From positions 49,972,001 through 50,036,000 of the forward strand of contig OZ024740.1 in the NCBI GenBank assembly GCA_964016885.1: 64,000 nt of DNA, given 5' to 3'. This document shows positions 55,451-64,000 of the stretch, in pieces (the first letter of the stretch is position 1; each line of letters begins with the position of its first letter). The notes under the pieces are model-generated. The model was not told the DNA's origin. It saw only the letters and a list, made by a program, of their open reading frames with translations, and ran no database searches. The DNA is from Eledone cirrhosa (Eukaryota). A program made the position numbers and the translations under genes.

Positions 55451-56403
55451 TGTAGCGCGTTCAAAAATATTGATATAAATCACTGCAGTAAGATACAATT
55501 TTAAAGGCTTAGTAAAGAAAGGAGTTAGTTCTGAATCGTGCTATTTGGCAACTGGTGGGGTGGGGGTTACAGACTAAGCGATTGTGCGGATATAATGGTA
55601 AGACTAGTCTTGTATTGTGTACATGTAATGTGGTGTTCGAAGCAATTTTACCAAACCATCATAGCTTATTCTCTTATAAAATCTGGCATCGTTCGTTTTC
55701 TGACGGTTGCCTAAACCACGTTAATGTCCTCAGTTGTTTGTGGCAGCTGACTTCCTCTGTACGTGGCTAATAATGTGCAATGCTATTTGCTCCCGTTACA
55801 GCTGGGGTGAAATAACTAGAAAGATAGTTTCTATCACAGCATAGGATGGCTTAAATGTCAGAGGTTGTTGTGTGGTATGAAGAGGGATGTAATGAGCAGT
55901 TAAAGCAACGGGGAGGCAACCCTATGATCATAAACGTAGTGATGACAATAAAAGAAGATTCAGTTCGATTATTTCAAAGAACCTGTTATTAATTTTCGGC
56001 AAAGCCAACCGTAAAATCGCTCGGTATGCAAATTAGGCTAATCCGTCGATGTATACTTTAGAGTATACTATATATTCTCAAGAGCTCTAGTGTGTAGCAG
56101 AAAAAGAGATACACAATCTTGACAAGGGGCAATAACCTCGAAAAAATTGTCGATTGTTTCTCTATGCTACCGCTAGAACAAAAGGATGATGATAGTCGTC
56201 TAAAACATATGGCGCTTTAAGGCTGTTTGCTTGCAAACGAATCGAATATTAATATTATTGTTCGAGATAATACTCATTTTGTTTCTTATAATTTTGTATT
56301 TACCGCTCTGACCCCCTCTACCTGTTTTGCTCGATCTGTGGTCCCACCACGCTTTCATATCGACTCACCCCTTCTCTCTCTTCCCCTTTTTCTTCTCTCT
56401 CAT

Positions 56404-56440
<37 letters not shown>

Positions 56441-57031
56441 GCTCGTTTACGACATATTTTACACATGTCGTAAAACTCCTCTGGTTTCGATAGTTTACGA
56501 CACGTTTTACAACTGTTGTAAAACTCTTTTAGATTATCTCCCTTTCCCTTCTCCCTCTCACTTCCGGTTGCTCCGTCTCTTTCTCTCTCTCTCTCTACCT
56601 CACTTCGATTGAGATTGCACGATACTACTGGGCTCCTGTTATCGCACCACCAGGCTTAAGTCAAATCGGTCCGTTATAACTTATTCTATTCTATTTTTTC
56701 CTCGGTTACTCACTTGCCTGTTCCATTGTCCTATTTGGTCTGTTTACCGGTTTTTTTCTCTTTCTTCCTCTCTCCTCACTACTTTTCCTTTTTTTCTTCT
56801 TTTTTTCTTCTTTTTTTCTTTTCTTTCCCTCCTGGCCTTTTGATTGATAAAAGGTCTTGGGCGCACCGCTGATCGCTTTTGATGTCCTGTATTAAGCACC
56901 GAAACATCTATGATCTCGGTTAACAGCTGATGAAGTATTTCTTCTCTTGTTTCGTCCATATTACCATCTTAAACTTTGTTTACAGTAACCACACAGCTCG
57001 TTTCGTTTCTTATAATTTTATTTATATATAC

Positions 57032-57063
<32 letters not shown>

Positions 57064-58247
57064 TATTTTTAATATTTCACATGATAGAAAATGTAACCCA
57101 AGGAAAGCGAAACAACACTTCCTGGTAGTTCACTTTTGTGACTTAGGTCTTTCTCTGCTCAGTATTAATGTCAGACAAAAGATGGCATTGATCAACATGA
57201 CCCCCTTATGCTAAAACATTGATTGATTTGTAACATCAATATTTACAATCAATTTTCTTTATCGTCTAAAACATCTACTATAAGGATCGAGTTAGGACAA
57301 GAAAAAAGTGTATATACATATATATATATACATGTATATATATATACACACAGAGAGAAAGAGAGAGGTGAGAGAAAGAAAGATGGCAAAGCTGGCTGTA
57401 TAGTGAAAAACAAGAATAACGAGTGCAGAGAGTCAGATCAGAATAGTTGAGAGTGCTAGTATCCTATTGTCTTTCGCTAGATTTAATGATTGATTTATTT
57501 TACTTATTTAAATATTGAATTAGAAAGTTCGCTGAAGAATATATAGTCAGTTATATATAATCAATTATATTTCGAATAATGGAAGTAAATCCATATTTTA
57601 TGTACCAAGTGTATATAAAGTATCTCAATAAAGTTAACGTCTGAATGTCATTATATAGCAATGCTTCAACATTAGTAATGTAATATTAGTGAAATAATTC
57701 GTTGGTGGGCTTTAAAAAATAGTATAAATTACATTGGAAACTATTATATCTGAAAGCAAGATGCTATGCGTATTGATATCAATTTTAAGACTTCCTTTCA
57801 CTGTTATTTCTGAAAGCGGAGAAAGTGAATTGATATAAATTCTAAGACTACTTTTCTTCTTTTATTATTTATTTTGCTGTTCCTCAGCTTTCTAGTGTTT
57901 AGTAAATCCATAACTAGTTATGTTCGTGGTAAATTTATAGCGCGAAGTGACAACTATAAAAATGTGTATAACATTATGAGATAACATAAATCTGGATGAA
58001 TACTCCCTAGCAAGATTGCAAACGAAAATACTTACAGATTTGGAAGTTTAGTAAATCATATTTTCAGAATAATTTTCGGCGCAATTCAAAGAGAAAAACA
58101 TATTGGGTGTTAGTTTCCAGATATTTCTTTTAATTCTCGTACTTCTCGGGCATGTAAAGAACATCCATTAAACACTCCACAAAGATATTGTTATATTAGA
58201 AATTGGTGAAGCAATTCATTTAATGGAAAAATTCAATTAATGTCAAA

Positions 58248-58309
<62 letters not shown>

Positions 58310-58310
<1 letters not shown>

Positions 58311-58469
58311 CAAAAGTGTCAGGACCCCGACGGCTGAGCTCCGGCCGTTTCGACAGCTAGATCCGAACTAAACGAGTAGTATCGTTTATTACCCACTCTA
58401 CTACTCTAAGTATCGAGTTCTCTGGTGTGTTATGGTACACCTGGTTCCTTACCACACTTTCTTTGTTAT
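58310..58469 (+). mobile_element. Fold-back mini-element relative lacking the right arm
   Basis: Left arm GACCCCGACGGCTGAGCTC..CCGTTTCGAC and the full tail of the 10567 family; (TA)n flanks. Confidence 0.8.
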
Positions 58470-58929
58470 ATATATATATATATATATGATATTAGAAATC
58501 AATAGATCAACATATGTGTGTATGTCTTGAATTATTGATTTCTAACGTTAACCCAAATCCACAAGTTTGTAGGGAGGACACAGTAGATTAAATCAACCCT
58601 AACATTTCACAAGTTTCTATTTAATCGAGCCCATACTTATAAAAGACGATGTCGATCACGACATGGTTTGAATTCGGAACGTAAAGTCATGTGTCCAGCG
58701 CTCTAATGATTCTTGCCATCTATTACACTAATAAACTGAATAATTACTGAACTTTAATATAATCGCCTTTGGAAATCAGTGCAATATTGTAGGACTTAAA
58801 CAATTAATTAAATATTATTATTTCTAATGTACAGTTTGCTCGTGTACGAGCCTTTCAACACTTCGGAGTCGATAAAACTTTGTACCTTTGTGCCTATGTT
58901 AGAAATCATAATTTGTGGTATTTATTCTG

Positions 58930-59318
58930 GTTCTTTACGTTCTGATTTCTAATCCTATCGAGGTCAACTTTACCTTTCATCCTTCCATGATCAATAAAAT
59001 AAAATACCAGTAAAATACAAGATTTGATATAATTGATTCTCCCCTACCCAAAATTACTGGCCTTGAGCCTAAATTATAAACCATTATTATTAACATTATG
59101 GCGATGGATTGGCAGTACCGGTAGAACGTCCAACACCATCCTCCGCGGCAGAGAGTTACGGCCTTTTGCCTTCTGAGTTCAAATCCCGTCGAGGTTAGCT
59201 TTGCCTTTCAGCTTTGCGAGATCGATAAAATAAAGCACCAGTGAGTACTGGAGTCGATTTAATCGACTCTCTCCTCTCCTTCAAATTCCTGGCCTTGTAC
59301 CTATAGTAGAAACAATTA
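58930..59318 (+). mobile_element. Two tandem main SINE copies
   Basis: Cores at ~58965-59010 and ~59195-59240. Confidence 0.8.
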
Positions 59319-61124
59319 TTAACATTAGAGCTGTAGGTGGGTAAATTGGTAGTGTGTCGAACAAAATATCAGAAGGTATTCTGTTACATCCGGTTTCATT
59401 AAAAATTCCACTTCTCATTCCTCCGGAGTTGATAACATTAGGGTTATCAGTAATTAACCTAAGAGTTAATAAAATTGACTACACCCTTTTGCTAAAATAT
59501 GTATTCTGCTGCGCTGATAGACGAAATCATTGTAAAGCGGTAGTTCTGCATGTATGGTATCTGTTCTCATAAACAGAAAAACATGTACATCTTATAATTT
59601 AATCTGTTGTGGTTGATATTTGTTTCTAGATATATTTAATGTCAACTATTTGGGGATGACATGCATAGGCAGAGACGACTAACATTGTTTCGGGAATAGA
59701 TATATATTGTAGAACTGTTTTATGCTGTGGCTTATTTAAGAGAAAGTGCTAAAAATTTAAACACTTAACGTCTCGGGAAAAGAAAGTGAAGATGAATTAA
59801 AATGGATTGTTTTCCCATGACATGAAGGAAAAGTTTAAGTAGGAAAATTTGACTTTGATATAAGCAATTTGGAATTTTTTTATGTACAGACAGCTTTTTG
59901 TTATTTTTTGTTCCCCCTAACATATGAATACAATTCCGTGACAACAATAAGATATAGTAAAAAACGTTTCTGTGAAACTAATTACTAAATTTGTTTTCAG
60001 TTAGCCGTTAAATGTGTTTGTTCGTCATCGTACTATTAAATAATATAAAATGGTTTAAAAATATTATAACAAAATAATTGCAGAAATCGTATATCAATTA
60101 CAAAACCAGCCGAAATATAAACACTTTTCGTATTTTATGAAAGAGTCAGCTACGATAATGTCATTACTAGCTAGTATACAATATATACATGACACCCACT
60201 TTAATAAGTGTCGTGAAAGCAAACTATGGTGCTTGTAATAATACCGATCACATAATTTTTGCAATTTGACTTCAAAGTTTTATAAATAAGCAACCATCCT
60301 TAGACTAACAAATAAAAGAGGAATTAGCAATTGAACCCTACCAAGTATGTATTTTCTTTCGAAGACTAAGGTCGGATACTTTTTTTTGACAGACCTTTTA
60401 ACAGGCTGATTTATTCGTGTATTATCAGTGGTTTTGTTAGACGCAAACATGTGCTTTCTGAATAAATACCGAGAGGTGGAGATTTGATTGTGGTGTGTTT
60501 TATAAAAGGCCTCCATTTGTTGGTTCAGGTCACGTGGTGCTGTTGAATAGACAGCGACATGAATTATTCTTGGTTTATGGTAAGCCAGTCTATGAAGAGG
60601 ATATGACAAACATCAGGGAATAAGTTTTGCGGGTGCAGTTTGCGTATCTGATGTCAGGGTGGAATTTATTTAAGTGACATTTTGGTATACGTGTACGTGC
60701 TGGTTTGAGTATGAGGACTGCCTACCTTGCATATGTATATGGATGATGTGGAGCTAACTGTCTATGTATTTTGAATATTTCTAAATAATCTATCCACACA
60801 TTCATGACACACTTTCTTCGCCAATTCTATTTCAACCACTGACATTCTACATTTCAACAAACACATTTAGTATACACACTTTCCTATTTCTCTACTTCCC
60901 TATTTCTCTATGTTTCTCAGATTACTGTGGTTTTCAAAAGGTTATGGCCGCTACTTTTCTTCTTCCGCAGACTAAGAAATAAGGAAAGCAAAAGATATCT
61001 AATTATGGACTATTTCAAAATTGTAAAGCAATTTAGAGTTTCAACTTCAGAAAATGATAAATATTTAAGAAAAACTAAGGGGTGGGGGAGATAGAAATAA
61101 ATATGTTATTCTTCTGTAGGAAAA

Positions 61125-61340
61125 TAATTGTTTCTACTTTAGGCACAAGGCCAGCAATGTTGGGGGAGGGGCGGGTCAATTAAATCGACCCCAGTATATT
61201 ACTGGTGCTTTATTTTATCGACCCCGTAAGGATGAAAGGCAAAGCTAACTTCGGCGGGATTTGAACTCAGAACGTAAAGGGCCATAACTCTTTGCTGTAA
61301 AGCATGGTGTCTGATGCTCGACAGATACTGCCAATCCACT
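61125..61340 (-). mobile_element. Main SINE copy
   Basis: Full reverse-complement match to head, core and tail. Confidence 0.88.
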
Positions 61341-61628
61341 GAATAATGCCACATCTTTACAGGAGATGTAGCCATACTCCCCACGCTTGGCCAATTGCAG
61401 GTTGGTGAAGTTATTAACCCATAGTTAGGGTGGATGACCGTTGACTCTGCGGAGTTCATCCGCCCTTTGACACCTCTTGTTTTTGTGTTGCTTGGTTTTC
61501 ACTTACCCTCCTCGCCAGACCAAGGTCTGGAGGGGGGGCCGGTTTTATCACCGACCATCCGACCATGAAACAGGCTGTACTAGGCTACATGGTACCAGTA
61601 GCAGTCAGAGACATGACCTAACACACAC

Positions 61629-61654
<26 letters not shown>

Positions 61655-61661
<7 letters not shown>

Positions 61662-61846
61662 ACACTGGAAGGCAATATCCGTAGTGGTAGAGCACTCAGT
61701 CCATGGGACGAGTTTTGTAGTAACACAACAGTTAGTTCACCATACCGAGAACAATTGTTACACCTTATGCGGAGTCCGAGTTGAAGATCCGCATAAGGTA
61801 AAACAATTGTTCTCGGTATGGTGAACTAACTGTTGTGCTACTACTA
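61655..61846 (-). mobile_element. PLE-end mini-element with inverted duplication (61717-61773 / 61788-61844)
   Basis: Degenerate hammerhead CCGAG-TTGAAGA-TCCGCATAAGGT-AAAACAATTGTT-CTCGG on +; same family as 63570. Confidence 0.75.
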
Positions 61847-61876
61847 TATGTGTGTGTGTGTGTATGTGTGTGTGTC

Positions 61877-62143
61877 CTGAGTTTCCTTCTAGGAAAAGGA
61901 AACTCTGGAAACTGGGATTACTCCGATAAAAAGCCTGCGGCTCAGTAGTTACCGATGATGTTGATCTTTTCTTCTTTTCGGATTATAGCTACTGTCGCTC
62001 AGAGAGTGAGATTGGCTCAGTGCAGTCTTTCCTCACTTAAAAAAAAATGTTCACGCACAGGCACGATAGCATTAATTGATAAATATTAATAATGTTATAT
62101 TGTGCAATGGCCATACTCGACAACGAGGTGGCAGCCATCATCA
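61877..62143 (+). mobile_element. Short RTE-derived retroposon related to 15991-16480
   Basis: TCTAGGAAAAGGAAACTCTG and 3' GGCCATACTCGACAACGAGGTGGCAGCCATCAT. Confidence 0.45.
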
Positions 62144-63146
62144 TGTATGTATATGAACATGTTGACGAAATCTCAATGCCACGAGGTGTTTCATGCAATG
62201 TATCGTACTGCAATATCACGCCAGTCACTGCCCTAGTCAATGCAACCTTGGGCTAAACAGATGCAGAGTTTATCGCTACGGATTTCGGTAGTGATGTGGC
62301 AAAGTATGAACAACTTCGTCAGAGTAGTCAACAATAATTCAATATGATCATCCACTTAACGATCATTAAATCATGCAATAACGGCATCAAAATTATTGAT
62401 ATATTCCCACAAATTAATTATGGTCATCAACAAAAATTAATACAGCTAACATTAAACAATTGATAATCAGGTTAGTCAGTAAAAAGACCAAAGAAAATCT
62501 AAACTATAATAAAGAAAGGAATGCTGGACTGCGTATGGTTTATAATTTTTTATCCCCTTAGTAAAATAAGTTGGATTACTTTGAATAAATAATTGTTTCT
62601 ACTTTTGGCACAAGGCCAGCAATTAATCAGTACTGTGCCGTTTGTTTGGTTATTTTTGTTATTTCTATTTACCTATATATATATATCTTATCATGCTTAT
62701 TTTTATATTCAAACTTCTAATAAGGCTTAATTTGTGTAGTTGAACATAGATGTGCGTATTGTTATATATGTGTGTGTGTGTGTGTGCGCGCGCACATATA
62801 TACATGTATATATTGTACCTTTTGATTTTTAATTGTAATTTTAATGTTGGTTAAGGTATATTATTATAATGTATTATGTTATATTACATTGTGTTATATA
62901 TAATTCCTGCTCTATATAACCAAATTTGTTTAGATTTAGGTTAGTTGCTTTGGACTATATTTGTAACATGGTTCTTAATGTTATATACATCCTTAGTTAT
63001 TCTTATTATATATTTTTATTATTTTTATTTTTATTTCTATTTTTATTTTTATTATCATATATTTTTGCAAGACTTTAGTGTATGTACACTCCATATTCTT
63101 CGGAGCTTCCGGCTTGTATCTGCCGATATTACTTCTTGTTGTTTTG

Positions 63147-63191
63147 ATTGCCCTGATGAGTCCTTAATAGGACGAAACATTGTCGGCTAAT
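63147..63191 (+). ncRNA. Canonical-core type I hammerhead ribozyme
   Basis: AUUGCC-CUGAUGA-GUCC uuaaua GGAC-GAAAC-AUU-GUC/GGCUAAU, followed by AATAAA and (TA)(TG)n. Confidence 0.9.
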
Positions 63192-63235
63192 AAAAACTTT
63201 TGATGTATTAAAGGATTCTTTGTTTTACTCTCTTA

Positions 63236-63320
<85 letters not shown>

Positions 63321-63400
63321 GTAAACAGAAATAACAACACAATCGGCACAGTATATGGAAGGAATATATTAGGTTAACGCTTGATATAGCAGGAAGATGG

Positions 63401-63436
63401 TCTTAACGTTTCGGACGTTAGTCCTTCATCAGAAGA
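63401..63436 (-). ncRNA. Minimal PLE-type hammerhead ribozyme
   Basis: UCUU-CUGAUGA-A GGAC uaac GUCC-GAAAC-GUU/AAGA; stem III reduced to palindrome AACGUU. Confidence 0.85.
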
Positions 63437-63569
63437 AAGAATGACAAATAAGATAAATTGAAGGGACGGGCGAGGTGGAATTGGAAAAAATGTTTTTAGA
63501 GAAAAATAACAGATCCATTCATGTTGCTATATATATGTATATATATAGAGAGAGAGAAAAAAAAAAGAT

Positions 63570-63766
63570 AGGTAGAACACTGGAAGGTAATATCAGTAGT
63601 GGTAGAGCACTCAGTCCATGGGACGAGCTAGGTAGAAGTGGTAACACAACAGTTAGTTCACCATACCGAGAACAATTGTTTCACCTTAGCGAATCCTCAG
63701 CTCGTAATGAACATGGTCATACGGAACAATTGTTCTCGGTATGGTGAATTAACTGTTGTGTTACCA

Positions 63767-63769
<3 letters not shown>
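63570..63769 (-). mobile_element. PLE-end mini-element with inverted duplication (63636-63680 / 63725-63769)
   Basis: 45-bp inverted arms; hammerhead at 63667-63704; microsatellite flanks. Confidence 0.8.
63667..63704 (-). ncRNA. Type I hammerhead ribozyme with weak stem II
   Basis: CGAG-CUGAGGA-uucgcuaaggu-GAAAC-AAUU-GUU/CUCG; palindrome AACAAUUGUU. Confidence 0.65.
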
Positions 63770-63815
<46 letters not shown>

Positions 63816-64000
63816 TAATACAATAACAGAGAAAGCTTTAAGCTAAACTCCGACTGGTAACCATCTCACTCAACAAACATTAGGTCATACGTTAGTATAA
63901 TCCCAATTTAGTGTTTGGGGTGCTAACTATATGTATTTTGTGGAAAGCCAGTTGTATTATTTTATATGAGATAAATTAAAGTTAAAATATATATCTCTTT

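Overview
Eukaryotic, very AT-rich, repeat-dominated DNA. No host protein-coding gene is confidently visible; nearly all '[12 protein letters not shown]' ORFs are translated microsatellites. The repeat content suggests a cephalopod such as octopus (inference only). Positions 1-36 kb are a nest of retroelements inserted into kilobase-scale (TA)n arrays: an apparently intact Penelope-like element (PLE; RT + C-terminal GIY-YIG ORF 27744-30185 between ~2.9 kb near-identical pseudo-LTRs), several truncated or inverted PLE ends, an RTE LINE, a CR1-type LINE and Tx1/Helitron fragments. Positions 36-64 kb are mostly tRNA-derived SINE copies, an R4/Dong-type RLE fragment in (CATA)n, a hAT MITE and degraded LINEs. 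The main hidden signal, read by eye, is 12 type I hammerhead ribozyme motifs with intact CUGANGA/GAAA cores from about 8 distinct families, plus degenerate ones. Most have a palindromic stem III, and stem II ranges from ~11 to ~115 nt. They include a non-coding tandem-ribozyme unit of 485 nt (retrozyme-like), fold-back mini-elements whose symmetry axis lies in the ribozyme, and a downstream hairpin that could compete with stem I. Coordinates were counted by hand and may be off by a few bases; no folding or database search was run.
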